From the IMG/VR virus record IMGVR_UViG_3300009415_000003: a stretch of DNA of 63,279 bases; one strand, given 5' to 3'. Origin of the DNA: a virus. The notes below the pieces were generated by a model, which worked only from the letters and a program-made list of their open reading frames with translations, did not search any database and was not told where the DNA came from. Made by a program: the position numbers and the translations under genes. Every line of letters starts with the position of its first letter. The stretch's first letter is position 1. Shown piece by piece: positions 26,701 to 35,672 of the stretch.

Positions 26701-27374
26701 ATCCAAGTCTTTCTCCACTTAGGATCTTGTAAAAATGGAGTTTGTAGGTTTACCCCAATTTTACAGTAGGCTTTTTGTAATAATGCAAATGGATTGAATC
26801 TTGGCCTTAAATCTTCTGGAGTGAACTGATTAGGTAAATAGGTATCCCCAAACCATTCGATTGGCCAAACAAAACAATCAGCACCAGGTATCCATCCGTT
26901 TTCTAATAATGGCCAAGTTGCTTCTATATTTTCTTTCGTTAATTCAAACTCTCCTAAGTCTGGAATCTCGCAAAGCTTACAGCTCTTAGCTAACTCTAAT
27001 GGATGGTTTATCTTATTGGTTAATTCAAAAGTATATTGACATGATGAATCTATTCTTCCAGTGACTCTAATGTGTGAGAAGTCAAGTGATAATCCACATC
27101 TGAGAGCATTAATTTCTAAGTATACACATTGTTCAATTTGAAATAAATTAGAAGATATAAGAGGTTCGAATATTGCTTTATTTGTAGGGCTTTGTGGTGC
27201 TGTAGCTTCTAACGTCGTATCATTCCTGAATCCTTTAACAGTAAACTCTGAATCTTCCTGTATTGTCGTTAGGTCAAATTCTGGACTAAGATCTATTAAT
27301 ATAAACCCACTATCAGTAAGGTCCTGTGGAATCGAATGAGGTAGATTAATTATTTGAATCGAAATACAACTCAT
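23781..27374 (-). CDS. Large Cys-rich tail-tip/baseplate protein (Tal-like by position)
   Basis: 1197-aa ORF, the second gene after the tape measure. No signal peptide. Many Cys, including CCC and CxC clusters. Assigned by position only. Confidence 0.55.
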   Translation of the reverse strand: MSCISIQIINLPHSIPQDLTDSGFILIDLSPEFDLTTIQEDSEFTVKGFRNDTTLEATAPQSPTNKAIFEPLISSNLFQIEQCVYLEINALRCGLSLDFSHIRVTGRIDSSCQYTFELTNKINHPLELAKSCKLCEIPDLGEFELTKENIEATWPLLENGWIPGADCFVWPIEWFGDTYLPNQFTPEDLRPRFNPFALLQKAYCKIGVNLQTPFLQDPKWRKTWMYLSDKSFGGNANINLENYKLKASSKETTFSHSDLPLSAPELGAELGCKFFEVPLNVELDPNLQIQGNSIKIDPCIVADYCFEYRLRVIKGIKTIDSINVFAEAYLTTNKTISQSLSYSISSVIASDDISTQTSFIDDPTNNRYMIVSGKVTVGCDLFKNHSSFEECLLFRLKYCVQGKYETDPNVLGIEMTLQYSCVTSVPKRLKYCEGDIIQMSQTLDCNKTIYDLTESLAHMTGSKIDWKSGSRVLDIRPAFDVDGLDGHYKEDEQQDLSDYVIKDSLNNRALEKFQQKCQIRGFKKSSDPCITTDSRYQDLDQPYDKKIDFGAGFQDGCNEDRNKCIEPTVLTEVFSHSFGVNDEVLPAHLTCLTDNAPDSEGNQKISYDICWRIGIGYYVPTQEYLDEFGNVIGEASINWCGDQISGIPSFYQLLDGENVGLPGINPEDCAIVYGDHEEELWTKYIGREFVGRFLTNKVTFQLHLCCADLFKIDKRKLTTISYKGFQYYGFIDTIQNNLCTERTTLTLNSPNQVLGICVDRPTGNGGNVDPVICENFPEIDCEVVDGCLILMLGGINNSIPSMALFEYCLLVDDGNGGLTSEVDPNTGEAIWQEATPTSNISAQICDLDCPVKLSMAVDYEYDDCECPECGSLQANFVADLTNNQLTWQLFVAGSIVATVDGNTVNGTNGVNGQSGTNSNVHGFPVDIVVEDNGCTHTGGGTYTIREFGQDINTVIILQSSGTTDCDCEPCPSVKKIITKDPCGNSPEIRIECEYDDQCRPCFTVFIEGDIQSMIDEIEATTNVGAINFNIAADGLSAQSDPICLDTGDTFTLETLEISWQDPCKPFILLEPLTRVKPNQCCCDVQGECIDCLYQFSEKCERKVVWYQMKGFTDPNVIPFGLTQETPIIDNEIKEEIKCSYPIYGPETLPFDDQLKIWYIGILSKPGCECILYSYYHSPFIAGGDPHTKPTFDPRPQG

Positions 27375-28510
27375 GTAGTACTAAAAGTGGCTAAATCGTT
27401 TGCATAGAATCCTGTGAACTTAATGACACCTTTACTGTCTTCGTCGTGTCTGACTTGTACTGATGTACCTCCAATGATAGGTGCATATACTGACTGATTA
27501 GGGCTGCAATTAATTAGAGACTTATATCCTCCAGCATTGCCAAATGCTTCATAGTAGCACTCATTACATTCATCAACATTGACAGACTTTTCTAACTCAA
27601 TCATCTTCCATGATCGCTTATTTAACGCTATCCTTCCATGCTTATCTACTTGTTCCTGATAGCTGCTTGCACAAAATCCCTGTCTACATATTTCTTGAAA
27701 ACTTCTGTTAATCGTTGTTGATTTAACGCAATCGAAAGTCATATTAGACCAGGTACCTCTTGGCTGTTGGAATAATACATCTATTCTTTCACCTGACTTA
27801 CAACAGCACTGTACGACCTTTACCCAATATTCAAATGGATTATCTGCTGATTGACTCGAAACTTTATAGCAAACTAAGTTTCCAAAAACAGGACTTGATA
27901 GAGGCAAAGGCCCATTCGCTGGACCTGTTGGAATAATACTGACATTCCCAGAAGCTCCGAGTGTCTGTAAAAATCTTAATCCAGAATCATAGTGACCTTC
28001 AAAATTTAACTGAGGTGAACCACAAGCATAAACCCAATCATCTGCATCGCTACATAATTCTATTATTCCACTATTCACAGCCATGATTATATCACTTCCG
28101 TTAGGTGAATCTTCATAGAATTGAAAGTTAGATGCTAATACTTCAAAGTCTATTGTAGTTCCTGTGTCTACAGTCGGCTCGTTGTCTTCACAATCAGTTG
28201 GATAGCAAGCGTCCCCATATTTGAATTGGACCTCAATTTTAGCAGAATCATCTTGCTCTACACTTGATGATCCTGGCGCTGGACATTTGGTAGTCAATCT
28301 GCAAGAGATGAGGTCTTTTAAATTAATAGGGACGCTGCCATTTCCAATGAACGGGTTATCTGGATCTCCTATAGATACACCATCAATGCAAACGTCATAA
28401 GCAAATCGCTTTGTTTCATCTTCAGTACTTGGTGCCGATGTTCCGATGATACAAATGTCATCTGACATCATGTATAGGTCTTTCGGATTCGATTGTGTTG
28501 CTGTTGCCAT
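27371..28510 (-). CDS. Distal tail protein candidate (by position)
   Basis: 379-aa ORF immediately downstream of the tape measure, with overlapping stop/start. Cys-rich. Confidence 0.5.
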   Translation of the reverse strand: MATATQSNPKDLYMMSDDICIIGTSAPSTEDETKRFAYDVCIDGVSIGDPDNPFIGNGSVPINLKDLISCRLTTKCPAPGSSSVEQDDSAKIEVQFKYGDACYPTDCEDNEPTVDTGTTIDFEVLASNFQFYEDSPNGSDIIMAVNSGIIELCSDADDWVYACGSPQLNFEGHYDSGLRFLQTLGASGNVSIIPTGPANGPLPLSSPVFGNLVCYKVSSQSADNPFEYWVKVVQCCCKSGERIDVLFQQPRGTWSNMTFDCVKSTTINRSFQEICRQGFCASSYQEQVDKHGRIALNKRSWKMIELEKSVNVDECNECYYEAFGNAGGYKSLINCSPNQSVYAPIIGGTSVQVRHDEDSKGVIKFTGFYANDLATFSTT

Positions 28511-31507
28511 CTATATTCTACTGTCTTGTAATCTTCTTTTTTCTGCTAATGATTCTCTGTTGCTTGTCGTAATCGCATTTCCCACAGCTTCACTTGTTGC
28601 TGTCGCTATTTCTGGTGCAGCATCTTTTAATGATTCGCCTGTACTGGTTGCTATCTGTTTGGCCATTTCTGGAATGGTAGATTTGATCGCTAAGGCTACT
28701 GCTCTGGCCATCAGTTCACCTTCTGTACCTCTGTTAAGGAATCTTGCATTAGGTACTCCACCTGTAAAACCACCTTCCATGAATCCAGCTGGGAATGCTT
28801 TTGGCTTATATCCTTTTTGAATAGCCATATTCTGTAGTTCCTTTAGCAATGGTCTGGCCCTTCGATCATTGACTACTCGTTTAGGTGTTACAAATTCACC
28901 TTTATGTACATCGCCTGCATAGTCATCATCTCTACCATGTCCAGTAAAGCCACCTTCTCTAAACTGTTGGCTTGATATAATCGCTAATTGTGCGGCTCCT
29001 GCTATGGCTGCCGCTGCTGCTAAAAATGGATTAGGTAAAGCTTTGATGATCGCTAAGCCTATTGCTATTGCTGCTTCCTTGAGTGCTATTTTTTTACGCT
29101 CTTTAGCTGCTTGCTTTTCTATTTCGGTTTTCTTTGCTTCCTGCTCTTCTAATATCTGTTCTTGAAGTGCTGCATTACCTTCTGCTGCATCTAAGCGAGC
29201 TGCTGTTTGGACGTCAATAGATTCTAAGGCTGAATCAGTTTCTTGCTTGATTCGCTCTTTTTGTCCTTCGAATACAGATTTAAAAGCATCTTCAATAGCT
29301 TTTAGTCCAGCCGTCGCAATCTGTTTTAATCCTTCCTGTCTTGCTTGTTCTTGTTCTGCTAACTGATCGTTTAGGTCTGATCGAGCTGCTAAGATTTGTT
29401 CGTTTGCATTTTCTTCTAATGATACTCTAAGATCTGCACTGTTGCTGTCTCCATCGAACGTTAATATTTCAGGAAGAGATGATGATGCGCCTTGATCTAA
29501 TGAAGCTACATCTCCAGTTGACCTATTACCGTTCTCTAATCTATTTCGCGTCTCTGTGATGGTAGAGTTAATGCCATCCAATTGAGCTTCTAAGGCTATG
29601 ATCTCTTTTAGCTTTTCTTCTATGATGTTCTCATCAGAAGTGCTATTGATTTCTTTATTGAGGTCTGATATTATCTTTCTGATGTCAGATATCCCAGCTT
29701 CACCTGATCCAAGTCTTTTGTAAGCTTCTGCTAATTGGTCTACTGTTTTGGCAGCCTTTGCGGTTTCTTTTGTTGCCTCTTTTTGGATTTCTATAACCTC
29801 TTCTGTGGTTCCTTTTAGTTCATCTTGTGCATTGACTTGATCACTGAGTACCCCTATCAATTCAAATGCTTTGTTCTTAGCATCTTCTGCACTAATTCCA
29901 GTTTCTTTATAAGCCTCTACTAATCCTCCAAATTCATCGTTTGCAAAAGCATTTAATTCATCTTGAGTCGTAACTAATTTTTTAACTCTACCCTCCATTC
30001 GATCAACTGCTTCTCTTGCTGCTTTTATATCGGCTGGCCATTTTGAAAATACAGCGTCTAAGGTGATATTCCCCGAAAGACCATCAGTTACAAAATTTAG
30101 TGTGTTAGTTAATCCCTCAGTGAATGATTTAAAGAAGTTTGATAAACCAGAATTGCCATTCAATAATTCCGAGAAAAAGCCATTAAATGCTGTTGTTAAT
30201 TTCTGTGTCTGACCTCTAAGCGTATCAGTATTGTTATTAGCTTGTGCTAATGCATTGCCTGTCTGATCTAATGCACCATTCAATTCAGTAACAACTTCTC
30301 TATTTTGAATCAGTGTTAGTGCTGCAGCTGCATTTTGTTTTCCAAATAGATCAGTGGCATCAGTTATACTTGTTACCTCTGTAGATAAGACTTGAAGTAT
30401 ATCATTGAAGTCTTGAGTCTCTGGATTTAGTTCTTCTCTTTGGGTCTTAGCTAATGCCAGTATGATGTTTCTTAGCTTGGTACCTGCTTCTGCACCTTCA
30501 ATATTTCCTTTGGCTAATGCCTGTAATAGTGCGTTACCTTGCTCAAATTCTATATTCGATTGAGCTAATATTGATCCTACATTTTTAAATGATTCTGCTA
30601 ACTGTTCAATTCGTGCGGTACCTAACTGCTGAGAAGTCGCTAATATATCCGTGAATCGTGCGGCTTCTCTTGCTTCTGCTCCATAGACATTTAAGAATCC
30701 AGCTAAAGCATTACCTGCCTGTGGTAGATCAATTCCAGCTGCTTTAGATAGGATCTCGGCTTGTCTGGTGACTTCTGCTAATGCATCTGCACTCTGTAGT
30801 AGTTCTGGATTCTTAGATCCTATCAAACTAAATGCATCTAATACAGCAGGACCAGCCGTTCCAAATTGCTGTGAGATCTGTCGTGCTCGATCTGCTAATC
30901 CGTCTAAATCTTCATTGTTTAATCCTGTGATAGATTGTAGAGATTTGAGTGAATCCTCAAAGTCATTGATATTTTTTAATCCACTCCTGAGAACATTTGC
31001 AAAAGTGGCAACACTGGCAGTAATCCCAAAAGCTGCACCAAATGATCTAAGTGCACCACCTGCTTTGCTTAGTGCTTTCTTATAGTTTCCAACTGATCTT
31101 TGAAACTGCCCTACACTGGCATCAATCGATTTGAGTCTTTTGTCTAATGCTTGAACTTGAGCTAATTGAGTCTTAAAGGCTTGTGTATTCGTCTGACCTG
31201 CAGCTGCTAAATCCTTTACAGAGGTACGGGCTTTGTTTAATTCTGCCGATAACTGACGGTATGCGCCTGCTCCTGTCTTACCTGTAGCTATCGTGTCATT
31301 TAGTAATTTGCGCTGTTCTGTTCTTAGGTTTTGCTGTTGGCCCTTGAGCTGGGCTACAACTTCTGCATACTTTTGGTAGTTTTTTGTCCCAATGGGAATC
31401 TCTTTGAGTAATCCAGTAAATAGCTTAATAGCATTGTTCAACTCTTTTTGAGAGTTCAATGAGGCTTCAAAGCCATCTATTTCTATTCTACGTCGTATTA
31501 CTTCCAC
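28511..31507 (-). CDS. Tail tape measure protein (TP901-family core)
   Basis: 998 aa with a GTG start and Ala/Gln/Leu-rich coiled coils. The segment LKSLQSITGLNNEDLDGLADRARQISQQFGTAGPAVLDAFSLIG fits the TP901-type tape-measure core. Confidence 0.85.
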   Translation of the reverse strand: MEVIRRRIEIDGFEASLNSQKELNNAIKLFTGLLKEIPIGTKNYQKYAEVVAQLKGQQQNLRTEQRKLLNDTIATGKTGAGAYRQLSAELNKARTSVKDLAAAGQTNTQAFKTQLAQVQALDKRLKSIDASVGQFQRSVGNYKKALSKAGGALRSFGAAFGITASVATFANVLRSGLKNINDFEDSLKSLQSITGLNNEDLDGLADRARQISQQFGTAGPAVLDAFSLIGSKNPELLQSADALAEVTRQAEILSKAAGIDLPQAGNALAGFLNVYGAEAREAARFTDILATSQQLGTARIEQLAESFKNVGSILAQSNIEFEQGNALLQALAKGNIEGAEAGTKLRNIILALAKTQREELNPETQDFNDILQVLSTEVTSITDATDLFGKQNAAAALTLIQNREVVTELNGALDQTGNALAQANNNTDTLRGQTQKLTTAFNGFFSELLNGNSGLSNFFKSFTEGLTNTLNFVTDGLSGNITLDAVFSKWPADIKAAREAVDRMEGRVKKLVTTQDELNAFANDEFGGLVEAYKETGISAEDAKNKAFELIGVLSDQVNAQDELKGTTEEVIEIQKEATKETAKAAKTVDQLAEAYKRLGSGEAGISDIRKIISDLNKEINSTSDENIIEEKLKEIIALEAQLDGINSTITETRNRLENGNRSTGDVASLDQGASSSLPEILTFDGDSNSADLRVSLEENANEQILAARSDLNDQLAEQEQARQEGLKQIATAGLKAIEDAFKSVFEGQKERIKQETDSALESIDVQTAARLDAAEGNAALQEQILEEQEAKKTEIEKQAAKERKKIALKEAAIAIGLAIIKALPNPFLAAAAAIAGAAQLAIISSQQFREGGFTGHGRDDDYAGDVHKGEFVTPKRVVNDRRARPLLKELQNMAIQKGYKPKAFPAGFMEGGFTGGVPNARFLNRGTEGELMARAVALAIKSTIPEMAKQIATSTGESLKDAAPEIATATSEAVGNAITTSNRESLAEKRRLQDSRI

Positions 31508-31574
31508 TATGCTGGTGATAGTGGTAGTTGAAATGGAGCTTAAATATACAAATTATATGTTATGCGTGAAAGTT

Positions 31575-31632
31575 GTATTTTATAAAGGTGACAGCTTCGA
31601 TACCTTCTGGACGGGTCAATTCACTGTCACCT
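31575..31632 (-). terminator. Large-loop hairpin, terminator-like
   Basis: Perfect 9-bp arms AGGTGACAG/CTGTCACCT (31586-31594 and 31624-31632) with a 29-nt loop, followed on the - strand by UUUAUAAAAU. It lies after the stop at 31656 and before a TATATTTA box (31541-31548). Confidence 0.5.
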
Positions 31633-31655
31633 GATTTCGTATGTCTTAGAAGCTG

Positions 31656-31886
31656 TTAACAGTATCTGATCCCTTTATTGAACCCTCTACCCATTTGGTC
31701 TTTGTCTGCATAGTCACGCTCTAAAGTATAATTATCAGGATTGTATCCTTTATTAGTGATTAACTCTCTTGCTTCGTTTTCATCTAATGAGATGATGCTG
31801 AATACGGTAGTACCTTTTGAGCGTAACTCATGATTAATAAGTTCTGGAGTTTCATTATTCCAAATTGCTGTGTATCTTTTATTCAT
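31656..31886 (-). CDS. Hypothetical small protein
   Basis: 76-aa ORF. Confidence 0.65.
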   Translation of the reverse strand: MNKRYTAIWNNETPELINHELRSKGTTVFSIISLDENEARELITNKGYNPDNYTLERDYADKDQMGRGFNKGIRYC

Positions 31887-31948
31887 TATTATACATTTAA
31901 TTATTATTGATTTAATAGGGCTTTAATGTTATCGCAGCCCGTTTTGAT

Positions 31949-32113
31949 TTATCCTAAAAATTCTTTTCTTATCTGATCCTCAGCTTTTTCAAGAGCCTTT
32001 AATTGACTGCTTAGGTATGAAGATGCAGCTGCTTCAGGGTTTGCCATCATTTGTTCTAATGTAGCTCCGTTTTCTAATCCTGTTTTGATAATTTTATTTA
32101 TATAATCTTGCAT
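31949..32113 (-). CDS. Small hypothetical protein (below the ORF-track cutoff)
   Basis: 54 codons from an ATG (MQDYINKIIKTGLENGATLEQMMANPEAAASSYLSSQLKALEKAEDQIRKEFLG), sitting 21 nt downstream of copy 1 of the duplicated regulatory region. Confidence 0.55.
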   Translation of the reverse strand: MQDYINKIIKTGLENGATLEQMMANPEAAASSYLSSQLKALEKAEDQIRKEFLG

Positions 32114-32134
32114 TTTTACTTTATTTAATTGTTA

Positions 32135-32226
32135 TTGATAATGTAAATATACGAATTATATTGACATATTACACTATAAAATGTAAACTATTTTACATTA
32201 TTTACAATAATTAACATTTGTTAATC
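32135..32226 (-). repeat. Duplicated promoter/operator region, copy 1
   Basis: The 92-bp region aligns without gaps to 32838-32929. The first 49 bp are identical and about 32 of the remaining 43 match. It contains a TATATTTA box and a TTAACA-nn-TGTTAA palindrome. Confidence 0.85.
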
Positions 32227-32510
32227 TAATCACGGCCTATCATGTGAAGCTCTGTGACTGTCATTCCATTCTTTTGATAGGGTAGCTTTTGACGTTTGAT
32301 CTTATCGTTGGCTGACCTGTAGGATAGTTTGTGAGTATCGCAAAGGAGCTTTAGATTTGAATAGTAAAGCTCCTGGTCTTCTGATTTTAATTTGTAGAAT
32401 CTCATATGGGCGTTAACATATAAGCGTAATACTACCGACTTTAATCTTTTTTTCTCTGTGGATACTAACGCCTTGAATTTCTCCTTTTTGTATCCGATTA
32501 TATAATTCAA
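32226..32510 (-). CDS. Hypothetical protein, probably frame-broken at an A7 run (see finding)
   Basis: The track ORF starts at TTG. A 42-codon ATG ORF (32413..32541) overlaps it in the neighbouring frame, and the two frames meet at the A7 run 32447-32453. Confidence 0.45.
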   Translation of the reverse strand: MNYIIGYKKEKFKALVSTEKKRLKSVVLRLYVNAHMRFYKLKSEDQELYYSNLKLLCDTHKLSYRSANDKIKRQKLPYQKNGMTVTELHMIGRD

Positions 32511-32579
32511 TCGCTTTCATTTTAATTTCAAGTTCTGTCATAATTACTTTTTTAATTGTTATTGATATTATTCGCTATA

Positions 32580-32807
32580 CTACTCCTGTTCTCCATCAAT
32601 GCAAACGCCACCTTCCTCTATAACATAAACAATTGATTCTTTATCAGTGAATTTAATTTCTCCATCTTCCTCAAAGCACCCCCATATATGGTCGTTGTTG
32701 TAAAGATTCTGAAACTCTTCTGGAGTATCTGACAGATTAATAAATTTTATAACAGTTTCTGAATCTTTAGAATCATGAATCGCTACTTTAATATCTAAAT
32801 TTTGCAT
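32580..32807 (-). CDS. Acidic small hypothetical protein
   Basis: 75-aa ORF sitting 30 nt downstream of copy 2 of the duplicated regulatory region. Confidence 0.65.
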   Translation of the reverse strand: MQNLDIKVAIHDSKDSETVIKFINLSDTPEEFQNLYNNDHIWGCFEEDGEIKFTDKESIVYVIEEGGVCIDGEQE

Positions 32808-32837
32808 TTTTATAATTTTACTCTCCGCTTAATTGCT

Positions 32838-32929
32838 TTGATAATGTAAATATACGAATTATATTGACATATTACACTATAAAATGAAAATAATATTAAT
32901 TTATTTACATAAATAAACAATTGTTAATC
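32838..32929 (-). repeat. Duplicated promoter/operator region, copy 2
   Basis: See 32135-32226. It contains the perfect palindrome AACAATTGTT. Confidence 0.85.
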
Positions 32930-32988
32930 CTGATAATGGAGATTGTAATGATTAAACCCTTTGCAGTACTGGAGATTCAGCCAATAGA

Positions 32989-33513
32989 TTATGCTCTAAT
33001 GATATTTGGTAGTTCTTCTAAGGGTTTAAGAATCTCAGATAATAATGCATTCATGTATCTATCAGAAACTAATAAAGATGTCATTTCTTCATTAGCATAT
33101 TGATCTCCAATTTTTATCCAATCTTTTCTTACCCCTGTTTTACTAAATGATCTACTACCTGATGTTGGTACATTTTCTTTCCTTGCTTTGGCCCAAACAG
33201 CAGAAAGAAATTGTTTTAATTCATTATCATCAAGTTGAGGTTTAACTGCTCTACCCCAATCTTTTGCTACTTCTAACCATCTTGTAATCCCAATCCTAAA
33301 TTGAAATCCAGTATCAACATATCTACCATACTTCTCCATGTACTGATTAAGTTTGACCTTATTGGATGATATGATTACTTCTGACTTTAATGAATTAATA
33401 AGCCTACCTGTAGCTCTGTGTCCTTGGTCATCTAAAGTTTTTCGATCAAATGAATCTAAGGATTTGCCGATATCTTCTAACTCTTGAATTAGAACATCAA
33501 TTGAGTTTTCCAT
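32989..33513 (-). CDS. Hypothetical protein, weak HK97-gp10-like (tail completion) resemblance
   Basis: 174 aa. The ..HRATGRLINSLKSEV.. motif resembles the TG-L--S pattern of the gp10 family. This is weak evidence. Confidence 0.35.
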   Translation of the reverse strand: MENSIDVLIQELEDIGKSLDSFDRKTLDDQGHRATGRLINSLKSEVIISSNKVKLNQYMEKYGRYVDTGFQFRIGITRWLEVAKDWGRAVKPQLDDNELKQFLSAVWAKARKENVPTSGSRSFSKTGVRKDWIKIGDQYANEEMTSLLVSDRYMNALLSEILKPLEELPNIIRA

Positions 33514-33647
33514 TAAAATCTAATTTTATTCTAATAATATGTCAATAGGTAGTTGCATCTATCTTATATCTTCGTCACTTAATAAGCGTTGATCTTTATA
33601 GATTTGGATCTGCTATTCTATATTGGTCTATTAGTCTTAGTCCTTTT

Positions 33648-33836
33648 TCAAAGTCTTCTATTAGTATGTCTATTGGTAGCTGCATCTAACTTGATGATTT
33701 CATTTTTAATTGATATCATTTCAATTTTAAGATATTGGAATATTTCAGAATCTATTGGAGCGTTAAGAAATGAATTTTTTGCATCTCTATATTTTGAAAT
33801 TAATGATTTGTAACTTTCATTATCTATCATAAACAA
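33648..33836 (-). CDS. Hypothetical small protein
   Basis: 62-aa ORF. Its 3' end is partly duplicated downstream (33538-33565). Confidence 0.55.
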   Translation of the reverse strand: MFMIDNESYKSLISKYRDAKNSFLNAPIDSEIFQYLKIEMISIKNEIIKLDAATNRHTNRRL

Positions 33837-34543
33837 CTATCACATTTAATCATAGCAAATTCATCATCCTCTACAGTCTTTACATCAAACATCTGATCTT
33901 CTACATGACAGCCGCAAATGGTTAGATTAACCCACGATATTCTTATCCTGTTATCTCCGATACAATCATAACTGCATTTGATGTCTTTTCGGTTCTCGAT
34001 CTTATGATCGATCGAGTCGCCACAATCTTTGCAGTATAGTATCTTTCCTTCATCCTTCCAGCACTTCACCTGTTCTCGAGTGGCAAAGACTTGTATCTCT
34101 TCGCTATTCGCTGATTCCTTAATCTTGTATAATCGGTAAGATCTCAGTTCGTCTATGACTGCAAATAAGACATCTTCATTTTCATTATCTACTGCTATGC
34201 TTCCTTTTCTCTGATTTTCTGGACATCCATCGCATAGCTCTCTTTGGCTGACTCCGATCAATACATCCAAGCACTTGATTTTCTTATTGATCGCCTGACG
34301 CTTGCACCCCCTTAGCATCATGATCAATCTTAAATCATCAGCGCATTTGTCTGGATTGTAGCCGCCTCTCTGCCAGTAGTAGCTATTATCATAGTCGTAT
34401 TGGTCTTTGCCTAAGTTGTCTAATGTAAGCTGCTTAAAGCTGTCTACGATTCCAAATGTGTTGATTCTACTGTAGGGATGGGCGTTGTGTCGCTTGGCTA
34501 TGTTTAGAAGAATGTTTGATACGGTGTTTAGGTTAAAGGCCAT
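33827..34543 (-). CDS. Cys-rich hypothetical protein
   Basis: 238-aa ORF with multiple CxxC/CxC pairs (CDGCP, CKDCGD, CGCH, CDSC). Confidence 0.7.
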   Translation of the reverse strand: MAFNLNTVSNILLNIAKRHNAHPYSRINTFGIVDSFKQLTLDNLGKDQYDYDNSYYWQRGGYNPDKCADDLRLIMMLRGCKRQAINKKIKCLDVLIGVSQRELCDGCPENQRKGSIAVDNENEDVLFAVIDELRSYRLYKIKESANSEEIQVFATREQVKCWKDEGKILYCKDCGDSIDHKIENRKDIKCSYDCIGDNRIRISWVNLTICGCHVEDQMFDVKTVEDDEFAMIKCDSCL

Positions 34544-34545
34544 TA

Positions 34546-34800
34546 TTAGATAATTTTACCCTTGATCTTCAATTCTTCCAATTTACTATTTGTGAAAATC
34601 AAATAGTCACCTTCACAACTAACAGTAATGCTATTATCACCTTTACGGTGTGCTTCTATTTTTTCAGAGTCCAAAGTATTATCTAATTCTATAGACAAAT
34701 CTTTATGCTTTGTAACACTATAAAGTTCACACATAGTGTTTTCAAAGTCTGCAAAAAAAACATCATTGCTACTTTCAGTTAGATTATTACCCATTATCAT
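34546..34800 (-). CDS. Hypothetical small protein
   Basis: 84-aa ORF. Confidence 0.6.
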   Translation of the reverse strand: MIMGNNLTESSNDVFFADFENTMCELYSVTKHKDLSIELDNTLDSEKIEAHRKGDNSITVSCEGDYLIFTNSKLEELKIKGKII

Positions 34801-34996
34801 GAATATTTACACGTTCACCAAATACAGGATTATCGTCATAATAGATATTCCCGTTCATATAACATACTGATTTAGGAGCTTCGATCTGTTCGCCTGTTCT
34901 CTCATCAATGTGGCAGCAGTATTCTTGACAGCATGTATTAACTATTACTTTATTGAGTACTGGAGGGTTCCTAAATGCGCTTTGTGGTAGGCTCAT
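34787..34996 (-). CDS. Hypothetical small Cys-containing protein
   Basis: 69-aa ORF (..NTCCQEYCCHIDE..). Confidence 0.6.
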   Translation of the reverse strand: MSLPQSAFRNPPVLNKVIVNTCCQEYCCHIDERTGEQIEAPKSVCYMNGNIYYDDNPVFGERVNIHDNG

Positions 34997-35271
34997 TAAT
35001 TCTGATTTCGTCTTAAAATATTATGATCTAAATAATTGTCATCTGGCACATCATCTAAAACGTTTTTACTTAGTGGTTCGTTCGGTTCCACTATATCTTC
35101 TGAATTGAATAGCTTGTTTCTGATCGCTTTGATTCTCATGCTGACGGTCATTCTTATCTTGTATCTAAATCCGTTTTTCTTTAAGAATATATGCATCCTT
35201 TGAAGCTCCTGCCACAATTCTTCATTCTCATATTTGAGTAATTTGTTGTTATCTTCCCACCATGAAAACAT
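34996..35271 (-). CDS. Hypothetical small protein
   Basis: 91-aa ORF. Confidence 0.6.
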   Translation of the reverse strand: MFSWWEDNNKLLKYENEELWQELQRMHIFLKKNGFRYKIRMTVSMRIKAIRNKLFNSEDIVEPNEPLSKNVLDDVPDDNYLDHNILRRNQN

Positions 35272-35419
35272 AGGTTTAAAGATACGACTTTTTTACTATA
35301 GGTTATTCTTTAAAAATATCGGTACTTACGCAATTTACAACGTGAACAAGTATTGTATTGCCAGCCAACGCTTATTTTTTGCTCTCCTTTTTCCTATGTC
35401 CTACACATATCTTTGTACA

Positions 35420-35638
35420 TTATCTGCAATTATTTTCTCCTTTCTTTTGCCAACGCTTGTATCTATTAACCACTCTTTTAAGTTGATTGAATGAGTGGAT
35501 TCTTATAGCAAATTCAAAGTTAAGATGACGGACATACCAATCTTTCATGTTGGGACTAAAAAATGTCAAGTCACCACTATGCATATTTGCTAATGACCTT
35601 GTTTTAAATCCTTGTTCTTTTAAATAATCTAATATCAT
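35420..35638 (-). CDS. Hypothetical small protein
   Basis: 72-aa ORF preceded by the conserved 20-nt box. Confidence 0.6.
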   Translation of the reverse strand: MILDYLKEQGFKTRSLANMHSGDLTFFSPNMKDWYVRHLNFEFAIRIHSFNQLKRVVNRYKRWQKKGENNCR

Positions 35639-35652
35639 TTGTTTTAATTTTC

Positions 35653-35672
35653 AGTTAGACTCCCGCAAAGGA
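35653..35672 (-). promoter_or_regulatory. Conserved 20-nt box TCCTTTGCGGGAGTCTAACT (copy on the - strand)
   Basis: Identical 20/20 to 57152-57171 on the + strand. Both copies end 14 nt before an ATG. Confidence 0.7.

Noticed and set aside
28446-31085. + strand ORFs 28446..28820 and 30768..31085
   Set aside because: They lie antisense to the tape measure gene. Ala/Ser/Leu-rich translations are typical of the reverse strand of coiled-coil genes.
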